A stretch of 64,000 nucleotides of DNA from Cyclobacteriaceae bacterium (GCA_028278585.1 JANQEC010000023.1:23947-87946), one strand, 5' to 3'. Shown: positions 17,384 through 27,353, counted from the first letter of the stretch. Made by a program: numbers and translations. Notes: generated by a model not told the origin, from the sequence alone.

Positions 17384-18666
17384 TATACGGTTCTCCCATT
17401 TTCATAGATGTAACTAACCGTGGGGAATCTCAAACTGACTGTTCCCTGTTTGTTAGTTGTTTCCTCAAAGTAGTTGACCTTGATAGTCTTGCCGATAATC
17501 TTATTGGGGTTCTTGTAGAACGTTTCCCTTTGTTCTCGGGACCATCCACTACCAACACCAACGGCATATCCTTTGTGTTCGATGATTGCTCGGGTCATAG
17601 TCTCAACTGTTACCTGTCCCTTCCCGGCTTCGGTGTATGTCATTTCACCTTTCTCAATACCGACTACTTTGTATTCATCGTCAAAGAACTTCTTGACCTT
17701 CAACAAGTCTTTGCTTCGTTTCCCTTTGTATCCAACATTCTTTCGGAGGATCAAACCTTCCCAACCATTCTTTGCCACATCTTCCTGTAGATTGGCGAAT
17801 GATTCTTCCGTTACGATGTGTTGGGAAAGTAGCTCAATGTACTTCAACTTTTTGTGATAGTAAAACACATCGTACATGACCTTCAACCTATGATTGAGAA
17901 TCTGTTTACTTTCCTTGTTACGAAAGTCTTCCAAGGGAATCATATCAAAGACGTAATACTTGGGATTCTCAATCGTATGGTTCTTCTTGGTGATTTCTTT
18001 CATCACAGATGAGAAGTTCTCCACGCCGTCTTTGACGATACAGATTTCACCGTCCAGTACGGCAGTCTTCTTGTCTGCCAATACCTTCTTCAATTCCTCT
18101 TTCAGAACGTCCAACGTCAAGAACTCTTTTCCATTTCGGGAATAGAATTTGATGTCTCGGTTTTCCTTGATGGCGATACAACGACAACCATCCAGTTTTC
18201 TACTCACTCTCCAATTGCCGTCAAAGATGTCAATCTTTCCTTTGTACTTATCGGCGAGGGCAACGTCAAACGTGGGGATCAATCCCTTCCATACCTTGTT
18301 GGTAGTTCCGGCAGACATACCGATTTTCAAATCACGTTTGAGAATTTTGGTAATGATGTCTTGACTTGTCTTGTTGAATGTTCCCAAGAAATCCTGCACC
18401 ATATCAAGTGCCCGTTTTCCGGTCACAGTACGAGAGGCAAGGACAGTCAGTATCTTTTCTACAGAATCAAATGACTTGTCAATGGTGTTCTTTCCTGCCT
18501 TCAACGGTGTAGGAATTTTCTTCATGTAGAAATTCACATAGGTATTATATGTGTATCTCAACACACTTTTCAACACTTCGTTCTTCTTGTTTGCCGTGAG
18601 AATTTTGATCTTCTCATTTGAGGCACTTGTGTTCTCAAGTTTTTTCAGTATGGTACTAATTGTCAT
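17383..18666 (-). CDS. ATP-dependent DNA ligase (T4 gp30-like)
   Basis: KLDG, LDGE, VFD, EGLILR, LLKVK motifs and OB-fold end SLRFP. Confidence 0.95.
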   Translation of the reverse strand: MTISTILKKLENTSASNEKIKILTANKKNEVLKSVLRYTYNTYVNFYMKKIPTPLKAGKNTIDKSFDSVEKILTVLASRTVTGKRALDMVQDFLGTFNKTSQDIITKILKRDLKIGMSAGTTNKVWKGLIPTFDVALADKYKGKIDIFDGNWRVSRKLDGCRCIAIKENRDIKFYSRNGKEFLTLDVLKEELKKVLADKKTAVLDGEICIVKDGVENFSSVMKEITKKNHTIENPKYYVFDMIPLEDFRNKESKQILNHRLKVMYDVFYYHKKLKYIELLSQHIVTEESFANLQEDVAKNGWEGLILRKNVGYKGKRSKDLLKVKKFFDDEYKVVGIEKGEMTYTEAGKGQVTVETMTRAIIEHKGYAVGVGSGWSREQRETFYKNPNKIIGKTIKVNYFEETTNKQGTVSLRFPTVSYIYENGRTV

Positions 18667-18841
18667 TTTGTTCCTCCGGTAATTCTATGTCTTCCATTAA
18701 TAGAGATTCATCAAACTTCTCCATCATTTCGTATTTCCATTCATCCAATCGTTCTAACGCCGTTTGTGCTGAAATGAGATTGAGATCGTAACAACCGGCA
18801 GACGCTTCTATTGAATGTGTAAATAAATCATCCTGTTGCAT
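18656..18841 (-). CDS. hypothetical protein
   Basis: ORF within operon. Confidence 0.5.
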   Translation of the reverse strand: MQQDDLFTHSIEASAGCYDLNLISAQTALERLDEWKYEMMEKFDESLLMEDIELPEEQNDN

Positions 18842-19016
18842 CTTGGTCCTCTGTTGGCTCGCCACTAAAAAACAACATACTACTTATTTCCTTTATCTTG
18901 TACTTTTGCCAATTTTCCTGTTGAAGAATTGCTATCTTTTCCAGATAGTCTATTTCGGTTTCGGACATTGAATATGATGTCTTCAATACATCCCGAGCAG
19001 ACTTACTAATTGTCAT
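18828..19016 (-). CDS. hypothetical protein
   Basis: ORF within operon. Confidence 0.5.
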   Translation of the reverse strand: MTISKSARDVLKTSYSMSETEIDYLEKIAILQQENWQKYKIKEISSMLFFSGEPTEDQDATG

Positions 19017-19471
19017 ACCAAACTCTTTAGGGCAATGTGTAACCACAACATCACAAAGTCAAATGTTTCTTTGTTGGCATTTCCTGCCACATTTAACGTT
19101 TCGATTTTGTTATTGACAATCCAGCCGATCAAATCACTAACTGGCGGAGGACTATCAATGTCAACGTCAAAGTATGGTTTGTCGTACTGTTTGATTGCCT
19201 TCAAGGTACACAATTCGCCACGACTGTTGAAGTTGTTGGCAAACCGGATTGTACCGTCACTCATTTTGGCATTCTCATATGTCCGTGGTGGATACTTGGG
19301 ACTCTTGTGTTCGTATACACCAAACATATCGACATACTCTGGCCGAGGACCAGACTTAGTGAGAAACCCATTGGGCATGCAACCACCTGTTTCCAATCCA
19401 AACTCTTTACCAACAATCAGACCGGCAATATCTGCACCAATTTGTCCGCCACTAATGATTTTCTTCAACAT
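19013..19471 (-). CDS. YpsA-like SLOG family (putative molybdenum-carrier) protein
   Basis: KIISGGQIGAD...RTYEN...SDGT...LNVAG. Confidence 0.85.
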   Translation of the reverse strand: MLKKIISGGQIGADIAGLIVGKEFGLETGGCMPNGFLTKSGPRPEYVDMFGVYEHKSPKYPPRTYENAKMSDGTIRFANNFNSRGELCTLKAIKQYDKPYFDVDIDSPPPVSDLIGWIVNNKIETLNVAGNANKETFDFVMLWLHIALKSLV

Positions 19472-19680
19472 ACTTCTGTAGTCCTTTCTTCAATCTTCCG
19501 TTCTATTTTCAGAATCTTTACATTTTCGCCCAAGTCTATGTACGTCTTGGATAACATTCTTGCTCGTTTCTCTGTTTTGAATTCTGATGTCCCACCATCG
19601 GATTCTGGCATCCACGTTGTTCCATCTCTCCGTGTAATTTGAACAGAATAAACTATTTGTGTGTATTGTTTTGTTTCCAT
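19465..19680 (-). CDS. hypothetical protein
   Basis: ORF within operon. Confidence 0.55.
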   Translation of the reverse strand: METKQYTQIVYSVQITRRDGTTWMPESDGGTSEFKTEKRARMLSKTYIDLGENVKILKIERKIEERTTEVC

Positions 19681-19681
19681 G

Positions 19682-20947
19682 TTATCCCTTCACAACGGCT
19701 AAAGGTTTCAATTCAGTCTGTATGGATACCAAGTCCTTTTGGTTTTCCATAACAGTATCTATATTCTTGTAGGCACCGGATGCCTCATCCAAATCTTTCA
19801 CAGTACGGATACCATGAATGATTCCTTGATCGTCCAGTTTCTTGATTTCTTCTTTCAAGTCCAAAGTTCTCTGGGCATGTTTCCTTCCCATAGTCCTTCC
19901 GGCACCGTGAGAACAAGATTCAAAACTTTCGGGGTTTCCCAATCCCTGTACAATGTAACTCGCCGTACCTTGGGAACCGGGGATGATACCAATAGTATCT
20001 TTTCTTGCCAACGTTGCACCCTTACGATGTACTATGACATTTTGACCGAAATGGTTTTCCAAACGGGCATAGTTGTGAGCAATATTGATCTGTTCATCGT
20101 AATCAAATGCATCGCCAATGGCATCGGACATAGATTCCAATACACGATTCATCATTAGTTGTCTACTCGCCAGAGCGAAGTCAACACAATACTGCATCTC
20201 TCTCATATACTGCCAGGCCATAGGATGATCGGTAGTAAGGAATGCCAACTGTTGTTCTTTAGGGACAACGGAATACCACATTTTATTTAGGTCAATGGCT
20301 GTTTTGTTGTAATGGTCTGCAACTTGTTTTCCAAGGTTACGGGAACCGGAATGAATCATAACCCAAACATATCCATCAGAACCTTTTTGGATTTCGATGA
20401 AATGATTTCCGCCACCCAACGTACCGATTTGGGTACGAGCATTTTCATACTCACGAGCAACGATAGGCATTTCCGAATAACTGATATTGTACAATATTCC
20501 TTTTGCCGGTTCTGAATATTCTTCTTGTCCCAATTCAACTTCCCCACAAACAACTTTTGCCGGAGTACCATCAGAAATTTTTTGATAACGAGGCATTACA
20601 CCTTCACTCTGTTTCACTCTATGGTGACGGAACCCAACCGGGATTCTTTGACGGATAAAATGCATAACCTTCTTCAAAGTATCAGAATCAATCTCGGTCA
20701 ACTCGGTTTTACATGCACACATACCACAACCAATATCAACTCCCACGGCATTAGGGATCACAACACCTTTGGTAGCGATCACACCACCAATAGGCATTCC
20801 GTATCCTTGGTGACTGTCGGGCATAAGGGCAACATGTTTGAAAAGGAACGGAAGATTGGCAAGGTTCTTCGCCTGAGCGAGTGCCCCATCTTCGATGTCT
20901 TCCAACCACATTTTGATAGGTTTGTTTTCGGTACTAATTACTTTCAT
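19682..20947 (-). CDS. rtcB: RNA-splicing/repair ligase RtcB
   Basis: MPDSHQG, GVDIGCG, GTLGGGNHF, HSGSR, HNY, HRKGA, SCSHGAGR. Confidence 0.95.
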   Translation of the reverse strand: MKVISTENKPIKMWLEDIEDGALAQAKNLANLPFLFKHVALMPDSHQGYGMPIGGVIATKGVVIPNAVGVDIGCGMCACKTELTEIDSDTLKKVMHFIRQRIPVGFRHHRVKQSEGVMPRYQKISDGTPAKVVCGEVELGQEEYSEPAKGILYNISYSEMPIVAREYENARTQIGTLGGGNHFIEIQKGSDGYVWVMIHSGSRNLGKQVADHYNKTAIDLNKMWYSVVPKEQQLAFLTTDHPMAWQYMREMQYCVDFALASRQLMMNRVLESMSDAIGDAFDYDEQINIAHNYARLENHFGQNVIVHRKGATLARKDTIGIIPGSQGTASYIVQGLGNPESFESCSHGAGRTMGRKHAQRTLDLKEEIKKLDDQGIIHGIRTVKDLDEASGAYKNIDTVMENQKDLVSIQTELKPLAVVKG

Positions 20948-21165
20948 TATTCCTTCCACTCCAAATCAAATTTAAAAATCTTTTCTGCAACATCTCCCAT
21001 GAAATCTGGCAATTCTTCGTATGCAAAATCGGATTGTACCAAAACTTCTCCACAAAAACTTTCGTGTTTGGTGAACCATTTTAGTATTGTTTGAAACAAC
21101 ACTTCTTTGGTTTCTTGATCGTCTTGGTATTGTACCACAGCATTTTTTGTTTCAATTTTTGCCAT
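20947..21165 (-). CDS. hypothetical protein
   Basis: GAGGAG RBS. Confidence 0.6.
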   Translation of the reverse strand: MAKIETKNAVVQYQDDQETKEVLFQTILKWFTKHESFCGEVLVQSDFAYEELPDFMGDVAEKIFKFDLEWKE

Positions 21166-22081
21166 TGAAAAACTCCTCATAAATTTCAATTGCCAAATCG
21201 TTGATCTTTTTCCTGTCCGAAGAACGGGGCAGAGTAGATGTCTTGTATAGTTCCTCTAACTCTATATCCACTCGTTTCACTTCCTCAATGATGTCTTTCC
21301 AATCCACGTTTCCCTGTCGAATGTCCAACAGATAATCAGCATCAATTCCTGTCCGGTCAACAATCACCTTTCCTTCCGACAAGATTTCTTTTCCCATTCT
21401 CATCAACCGGATAAGATGTGAGGCATGTTTTGAATCATACCCACACTTTGCTTCCAACTTGGCACGTTTCGGGTTTCTGTTCTTTTTCCAGTTATCATAT
21501 GAGTGCCACTCTTTTCGAGCGGTGGCATATTTCATTTCCTGCATTGCTTCTTCCCGAACTTCACTTTCGATGAATCGGGGTTCGATAGCAATGATTGCCT
21601 TCATCTGTTCTTTGGGGATGTTTTTGGAGTTCTCCGGCAGACCAAAGGCTTTTCGTTTTGGTTCCTCTACTGGATTGAACAACCAACCCCTATGACTTTT
21701 GATTCTTCTCAACTGGGCAACAGCATAACCGGAATAGGTGAACTTTGCTTTCTTGGAAAGAAACAAGTCTCTATTTGCTACTACCTTTTCCCATACGGGT
21801 GTAGTGTGTAACCAATTCTTTCGTGACGTATACAGAAAATCAATCATGTTTGGATTATTGTTTGCCATGAGGTTGAAGGCAAATCGTAATTCATACCAAA
21901 CTTTATCATCACCTTTGAAACCATCGAACTGATCGAATCGTTCCATGCCAAAAACATGGGTCTTGGGCGACAATACAATTCCTCTTGTATCAAGATCACT
22001 CTCTGCGGTGGCGGTTCCATATGAGTTGGAGCCTGTCACCGTTTCGAAGATCAAATTGGGTCTTAGCTGTTTTTCGTTCAT
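21152..22081 (-). CDS. Pol-beta-superfamily nucleotidyltransferase (RlaP/YcgL-like)
   Basis: GSNSYG...SDLDTRG, NPN, YDSKHASHLIRL. Confidence 0.85.
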   Translation of the reverse strand: MNEKQLRPNLIFETVTGSNSYGTATAESDLDTRGIVLSPKTHVFGMERFDQFDGFKGDDKVWYELRFAFNLMANNNPNMIDFLYTSRKNWLHTTPVWEKVVANRDLFLSKKAKFTYSGYAVAQLRRIKSHRGWLFNPVEEPKRKAFGLPENSKNIPKEQMKAIIAIEPRFIESEVREEAMQEMKYATARKEWHSYDNWKKNRNPKRAKLEAKCGYDSKHASHLIRLMRMGKEILSEGKVIVDRTGIDADYLLDIRQGNVDWKDIIEEVKRVDIELEELYKTSTLPRSSDRKKINDLAIEIYEEFFNGKN

Positions 22082-22617
22082 TTATTTCTCCATACCAGAA
22101 TATAATCAAATCCATTGTTGAAGTCAATTATTTTTTCTGGATCACAAATTTCCATCCATTGTTCTTTGGTCATCAATCGTTCATCACCGAAACTTCCGGC
22201 ACCGTATTTGTAGGACGGCACATAATGAATCATTGTCTTTGATTTCTGTTTCTGGTTCTCCACTATCTGTTTTAGTTCATCGTCTTGGAAGTGTTCCAAA
22301 ACTCCATGACTGTAAATCACATCGTATGTTTCGCCAAGTCTTTCACGAATGTCGAATTGGCTTCTCTTGATTTTCTTTTGTAGGTTGATCTCCGATAGTC
22401 TCAACATTCCCGGGCTGTAATCGAAACAAGAAATGTTGGCATCAATGTTCAACTGTTTTGTTACCAAACCAGTTCCACAGCCACTTTCCAATACATTCAT
22501 TCCCGGTTTTACTGTTCCTTCCACCAATGAGAGAAAAGGAAAATACCTCTGACGAAATTTTGTTTCGTACAGAGGATTGTTAATTCTATTCTGGTAGTAG
22601 TCTGTCCAGGCGTCCAT
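22078..22617 (-). CDS. class I SAM-dependent methyltransferase
   Basis: LESGCGTG, HGVLEHF. Confidence 0.85.
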   Translation of the reverse strand: MDAWTDYYQNRINNPLYETKFRQRYFPFLSLVEGTVKPGMNVLESGCGTGLVTKQLNIDANISCFDYSPGMLRLSEINLQKKIKRSQFDIRERLGETYDVIYSHGVLEHFQDDELKQIVENQKQKSKTMIHYVPSYKYGAGSFGDERLMTKEQWMEICDPEKIIDFNNGFDYILVWRNK

Positions 22618-22624
22618 TGTTTCC

Positions 22625-22828
22625 TCAATTCACACAAACTGCAATTACGCCACGATCTTCACTATCTTCTTCACCACTAAATTCACCATTGGAATATGTA
22701 CCGGCGGTTGGAGTGTAAATTACAGGTTTGAAAACGTTTCCTTCCTCATCTATTGAATAGACAACTTCTGCGTCTGGATGTTTCTTTACAAGTTCATTGA
22801 TTGATTTTGCGTATTCCGATAATTTCAT
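22625..22828 (-). CDS. hypothetical protein
   Basis: ORF, DEEGN motif. Confidence 0.6.
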   Translation of the reverse strand: MKLSEYAKSINELVKKHPDAEVVYSIDEEGNVFKPVIYTPTAGTYSNGEFSGEEDSEDRGVIAVCVN

Positions 22829-24039
22829 TAGTCCACCTTACAATTTTTGATGAGGGTACTTTTCTTTCCCTTGTAGTCATTGAACTTCTTGACGGTGCCG
22901 GAGATAGTAACTTTCTCCCATTGTTTCAAACCATGATTGGTAGAAGTAAACCATGTCAGGGCATATCCATCTTTGGTGACAAGGTTCACAACATCGTATG
23001 AACTCGGACCATAATAGGAAAACGATCTTCCTTCACAACCAGAAATCCGAATCACCGTTGCTTCTTTGGTAATCTTCGAACCAACTTCACCAAGATACTT
23101 GTTGTTGAATTTCACCTTATCATTACCAAACAGGTTCTTGACGTTTTTCAGGTATTCATAGACACCGTAACAAATCATCCCTTTCTTGGGTTGCAACTGA
23201 CGGAAGGAACCATAGACGTTCATGGTAAAATCCGATTTGTCTTTCTTGACTTTCTTCTCCCAATAGGAAACGATGTCTTTGTAGTTAAAATCCTTTGACA
23301 GTTTGTTAATCTCTGCCATCTTCTCTTTTCGTCCCTGTACTGTAAGACGATTCTCAAACAATACATCAACACTTTCCCTTGTGGAATGTGTAGTCTGCCC
23401 CAAACCATAACCCATGTAATCGGTCTGTTGTTGGGAAACAAATTTTCCATCACGGCGAACAATACCGTATGCGATCTTGGCATAACCTTTCGTATTGAAG
23501 GCAGCACGGTTCTTCAATGTACCGGAAAGATACGTTTCCTTTGATGTATCAATGAACTGCATAAAGGCTTCAAATGCCCGGGTCAATGTACGGATTTGAG
23601 AAACTGCGAATTCTCCAAAGTATTCCTTCCCACAGGAAGTTGCCACCATGAGTTCTTTCTTGGGGTTCTTCTTGTGACGGAAGATATGTACCTTCAAACG
23701 GAAACGGTTCGTGTTACAATGATCACAACGAAAAGATTTCTTGAAATACTTTGCGAGTGATTGAGATTTGTCCACCGAAAAGATGAGATTTTCTTTATCG
23801 GTATCGGAAGATTTTTTCAATGTTCCGATATACTTGTAGGACTTGTAATGAATGGCAAATTCACGGAAATTGAATTCACATTGAACGGCATCCAGTTCTC
23901 TGCCCTTGTGGTTATAGGTGGATGGTTTCTTTTTGAGTGTAACAATGACACCTTTCTTGACCATACGCTTTTGGAATTTCTTCCAAGCGGAATCAAAGTA
24001 AAATTCAGATTCTTTCAATATGGTAACGATGGTTTTCAA
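22828..24039 (-). CDS. conserved phage protein with CDHC motif and C-terminal OB-fold-like domain
   Basis: CDHCNTNRFR...C; C-terminal YLGEVG...LTWFTS...ISGTVK. Confidence 0.7.
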   Translation of the reverse strand: MKTIVTILKESEFYFDSAWKKFQKRMVKKGVIVTLKKKPSTYNHKGRELDAVQCEFNFREFAIHYKSYKYIGTLKKSSDTDKENLIFSVDKSQSLAKYFKKSFRCDHCNTNRFRLKVHIFRHKKNPKKELMVATSCGKEYFGEFAVSQIRTLTRAFEAFMQFIDTSKETYLSGTLKNRAAFNTKGYAKIAYGIVRRDGKFVSQQQTDYMGYGLGQTTHSTRESVDVLFENRLTVQGRKEKMAEINKLSKDFNYKDIVSYWEKKVKKDKSDFTMNVYGSFRQLQPKKGMICYGVYEYLKNVKNLFGNDKVKFNNKYLGEVGSKITKEATVIRISGCEGRSFSYYGPSSYDVVNLVTKDGYALTWFTSTNHGLKQWEKVTISGTVKKFNDYKGKKSTLIKNCKVD

Positions 24040-24041
24040 TG

Positions 24042-24209
24042 TTATGCCCTTTCTTCAAATTTACCAAAAAGTACCACGCTGCCCGGCGTGCTGATGAAAT
24101 TAGGGTTAATGTCAACGTCAGATTTCCAACCAATCCGCGGGTCAAAGATTTTCACCTTTGACTTGGGATTTTCTTTCCTCAACATTTCAATCAAATCTTT
24201 GACAGTCAT
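24042..24209 (-). CDS. hypothetical protein
   Basis: MTVKDLIEML-type small phage protein. Confidence 0.55.
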   Translation of the reverse strand: MTVKDLIEMLRKENPKSKVKIFDPRIGWKSDVDINPNFISTPGSVVLFGKFEERA

Positions 24210-24211
24210 TG

Positions 24212-24583
24212 TTATGCCTTCCTCATTGCGGCGTTCCATCCGGCCGTGAATGCATCTTCTTCATTTCCGTATCCGCCAAATTCCCTTGACCAATCAAGAA
24301 ATTCACTTCGGACATTTGGTTGAACCAAAACGGTGATGCGATTGTCAAATTCCATGAAGGCAACCTCAAAAGGAACCCACATGGTTTTTCCATCGGCAAC
24401 CGGAACAGATTTTCCACCGATAACATCGGTATCAACCTTAACCTCATAAGAATGGGCTTCGGTATCATTTTTTCGGATACCAATAATGGTCCCGGTGATA
24501 TATGAATCGGGCCGGCCTTCCATCGGCTGAAAGTGAAAAGCTTTGATTTTTGTACCGATTTTAATTCCTTCAAATTTCAACAT
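24212..24583 (-). CDS. hypothetical protein
   Basis: AAAGGA RBS. Confidence 0.65.
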   Translation of the reverse strand: MLKFEGIKIGTKIKAFHFQPMEGRPDSYITGTIIGIRKNDTEAHSYEVKVDTDVIGGKSVPVADGKTMWVPFEVAFMEFDNRITVLVQPNVRSEFLDWSREFGGYGNEEDAFTAGWNAAMRKA

Positions 24584-24596
24584 GTTGAAATCCTTT

Positions 24597-24881
24597 CTAT
24601 TCAGAAATGTTGTTGACGCGTTTGTATTCGTTGTAAAGTATTTCGGTTTCTTCTTTTGTGATGGGCACACGAGACTTTACCCAATCCGAAAACGGAATAT
24701 TGTAGAAGGGCAAATTCAAAAGTTGCCAATGTACAATTTTGTCGGCATCTCCACCACGAATGGCAGAATTCAAACCAGAACTTAACCTCTGGGCTCGGCG
24801 GATCGCCTTCCGTTCTTCAATTTTGGCTGGGGAATTGTTCCGGCGTTCCTGTTCAATTTTCATTTCTTCGATAGTAGCCAT
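24597..24881 (-). CDS. hypothetical protein
   Basis: first ORF after promoter, GAGGA RBS. Confidence 0.65.
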   Translation of the reverse strand: MATIEEMKIEQERRNNSPAKIEERKAIRRAQRLSSGLNSAIRGGDADKIVHWQLLNLPFYNIPFSDWVKSRVPITKEETEILYNEYKRVNNISE

Positions 24882-24909
24882 TGAGAAATCCTCTCTTTTC
24901 TATACTATC

Positions 24910-24973
24910 AAAATAGTTAATGTCACGGATCTGTGTCAAGAACTTTCTACAACTTTCTGGTTAAACGGTTAAA
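24910..24973 (-). promoter_or_regulatory. early promoter module (copy 2 of an inverted pair)
   Basis: identical 18-nt and 20-nt blocks and 13-nt gap as at 3885-3935. Confidence 0.75.
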
Positions 24974-25002
24974 ACTGTCGATTTTGGGGCAATTTTGAGG
25001 GT

Positions 25003-25617
25003 TTACTCTTTGAAACCATGTAGAATTTTGACCGAATTATTGGATGCAGTGATGCCCCATTTTAACCGACATTTTTTCTTTACCTGTCGAGGCCATTTCT
25101 TCCATATGCTGACAAACTTTCTGGCGGAACATTCTGTCGGAGAAACAAAAAAGGTTGCCAAAAATTCATACCGTTCTTTGGATATGTGTTTCAATAGATA
25201 CGGATTGGTTATGTATAGATACATAACTTCCGCCAATTCTTCTAATAGGTTTTCCTTGGAATAGATGTTCAGATGTAGATTGGTGTCAAATGTTTTTTCG
25301 TACCTTTGACTAATCTTCAACTTGTTATCAAGGAAATGGCAGAATTCGTGCACGATTGCGGCTACTAATGAATCATCTTCGGAGTATCCGGTCAAGATTG
25401 TTTTCATGCAACAGTCTGGATTCACAAAAAGTTTGATTTTCTTCTTGAGATTTTTTCTATCCAGATTTGAAAACAGATAATAACCGGCTTCATCAAGGCT
25501 GTAATCTAAAACTAATTCTAAGTTGTCGATGAATGAGAAATCGTTATACTCTTTTACCTTCTCTATGAACTTGAATGCCTGATCTATTTCCCAATACTTT
25601 CTAACGTGAATAACCAT
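25003..25617 (-). CDS. zincin-like metallopeptidase
   Basis: HEFCH...EELAE. Confidence 0.65.
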   Translation of the reverse strand: MVIHVRKYWEIDQAFKFIEKVKEYNDFSFIDNLELVLDYSLDEAGYYLFSNLDRKNLKKKIKLFVNPDCCMKTILTGYSEDDSLVAAIVHEFCHFLDNKLKISQRYEKTFDTNLHLNIYSKENLLEELAEVMYLYITNPYLLKHISKERYEFLATFFVSPTECSARKFVSIWKKWPRQVKKKCRLKWGITASNNSVKILHGFKE

Positions 25618-25620
25618 AGG

Positions 25621-25851
25621 CTATTCTCCCTTGGGTTCTTCCTTGACATCGGTAATTTCAATAATCCTGTTTTGATAGAATCCCGGTAGAATGATTGTTG
25701 CATTTTCTTCAGTTTCTGCACAGACACCAATAAGAGGTTGGTTCTCTTTTATTGCTTCTACTACCATATCTAATGCTTGATCATCATTTTCTGCTGTTGT
25801 AATTATTTCTGCGAATACCTGTCCATCGGTTGCCTTAATTTTGTACTTCAT
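25621..25851 (-). CDS. hypothetical protein
   Basis: ORF within operon. Confidence 0.55.
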   Translation of the reverse strand: MKYKIKATDGQVFAEIITTAENDDQALDMVVEAIKENQPLIGVCAETEENATIILPGFYQNRIIEITDVKEEPKGE

Positions 25852-26521
25852 TTTTTCTCTCTTTGTCAAATGATTTGAAAATCTTCCTAAACTTTGCTGC
25901 AGATTTGTATAACTCTTCTGATCCTCCCTTTATTCTTTTAGTCAAAAATAATTCTGAATAGTTTTTCTTGTTGTTGGTTGCCAGATATGCTTGAATCTCA
26001 TCTGATATTACTTCTTGTGAGTATTCCATATTTAACAATTCTTTTTGCAGGAATGTGTAGTGTTTGTAATTGGTCATTAAATTGATCATGTCTAACTTGT
26101 ACTTTTTGTATATGTAAAAATAGGCATGGGACAATTCATGTGTCATATCTTCTTTGTCGGCATCGGCACTTGTGCCAATAATGTAGTATTTGTTATTCTG
26201 GTAAATGTACTTGTGTATTGCCGAGAAGAACTTCTTTTCCTTTTCTAACAGATGGTTTTCAAAGGTATCGTAAAAGAATTGAATGCTGTAATCCGGTATA
26301 TTGAATCCAGACCAATCATCGAAATAGGTAAATGTCTTTTCTGGCGATCTCCCAGCATAAAGATCCATTGCATATTCAAGTGAAAACAGTTTACTTCGTA
26401 TTTCTGCGTATGGAGATTCATAGAATTCTTGTAATCTAAAAAGAGTGGCTCCCATTAGGTACTGATTTGGGAACTCAACATGTAGAACATGTTTTCTAAC
26501 TTCATTTACTTTTAGATTCAT
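25835..26521 (-). CDS. conserved hypothetical protein with HExxH
   Basis: FRLQEFYESP, WSGFNIP, HELSHA, DEIQAY. Confidence 0.7.
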   Translation of the reverse strand: MNLKVNEVRKHVLHVEFPNQYLMGATLFRLQEFYESPYAEIRSKLFSLEYAMDLYAGRSPEKTFTYFDDWSGFNIPDYSIQFFYDTFENHLLEKEKKFFSAIHKYIYQNNKYYIIGTSADADKEDMTHELSHAYFYIYKKYKLDMINLMTNYKHYTFLQKELLNMEYSQEVISDEIQAYLATNNKKNYSELFLTKRIKGGSEELYKSAAKFRKIFKSFDKERKNEVQN

Positions 26522-26705
26522 CTTCGATTCTCGCCTTTACACAACTCTCACAAATCTTTTCTAATTTACCATCTCTCTTTCGATAGTATTTCAATTCATC
26601 CGCCGGAATATATGTGGCACAAACCGGACATTTTCTCATTCTGGTTGCCTGTCTTGGCCAGAAAATTCGATTGATATTAAGAATCCTTCTTATCATTTTT
26701 GGCAC
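26502..26705 (-). CDS. zinc-ribbon hypothetical protein
   Basis: CPVC...CESC. Confidence 0.6.
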   Translation of the reverse strand: MPKMIRRILNINRIFWPRQATRMRKCPVCATYIPADELKYYRKRDGKLEKICESCVKARIEDESKSK

Positions 26706-26877
26706 GTTCCTTTTTGATTCGTTCCCGAGCAGTCATCTCTTTTGTAAGATGCCACTTGTTGGTTCCGAAACATCCTCTGTTAAAACCTTTTTTGTGGAAA
26801 TTGGTGATTTGTGTGGGACCCACTTCTGGATTGAAATCACCCGTTCGTTTCTTGATTTGTTTCTGTTTCTCTGGCAT
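26677..26877 (-). CDS. small basic hypothetical protein
   Basis: AAGGAG RBS. Confidence 0.55.
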   Translation of the reverse strand: MPEKQKQIKKRTGDFNPEVGPTQITNFHKKGFNRGCFGTNKWHLTKEMTARERIKKERAKNDKKDS

Positions 26878-26892
26878 AAACACTCCTTCAAA

Positions 26893-26968
26893 TGGCAGGC
26901 ACAGTAGGATTCGAACCCACACCAATAGTTTTGGAGACTATCATGCTAACACATTACACCATGCACCT
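26893..26968 (-). tRNA. tRNA-Trp(CCA)
   Basis: cloverleaf, loop CTCCAAA, encoded CCA. Confidence 0.92.
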
Positions 26969-26974
26969 ATATGA

Positions 26975-27235
26975 TTATTTATTATCTTTTACTTTCACCC
27001 AAAGAGTATCACCTACACTAAAAATTCCGGCATAGGTCATAAACGAGTACGGTTCGCCGTCACAGTCAATTGTTACTTGTGCCGTTCCATTGTTGAATTC
27101 AAACACCATCTTAATGATACATTCCATACTACTTTCTGGCAATCTGGAAACTCTCATTCGACTTGGTGCCGGAATTGTTGGGCTGCAGGATAGTAGAAAT
27201 AATCCAAGTAGTAGACTATAGATTAGTTTTCTCAT
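26975..27235 (-). CDS. putative lipoprotein
   Basis: signal peptide with LLSC lipobox. Confidence 0.65.
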   Translation of the reverse strand: MRKLIYSLLLGLFLLSCSPTIPAPSRMRVSRLPESSMECIIKMVFEFNNGTAQVTIDCDGEPYSFMTYAGIFSVGDTLWVKVKDNK

Positions 27236-27353
27236 ATCAATTCTCTCCTAATTAAATTTGGGGCCGGTGAGGTATCAAAGTTCTTCAAGCAATCAACAAC
27301 TACTATAACTTATCCCATTCTCCGTTTACTGGTCTTACCCCACATCGAATTTA

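Noticed and set aside
27259-27342. Possible extra CCA-ended RNA after tRNA-Arg
   Set aside because: It ends in CCA on the minus strand, but the best pairing (GGCCGGTGA/TTACTGGTC) works only on the plus strand and no D/T arms are present; evidence is insufficient.
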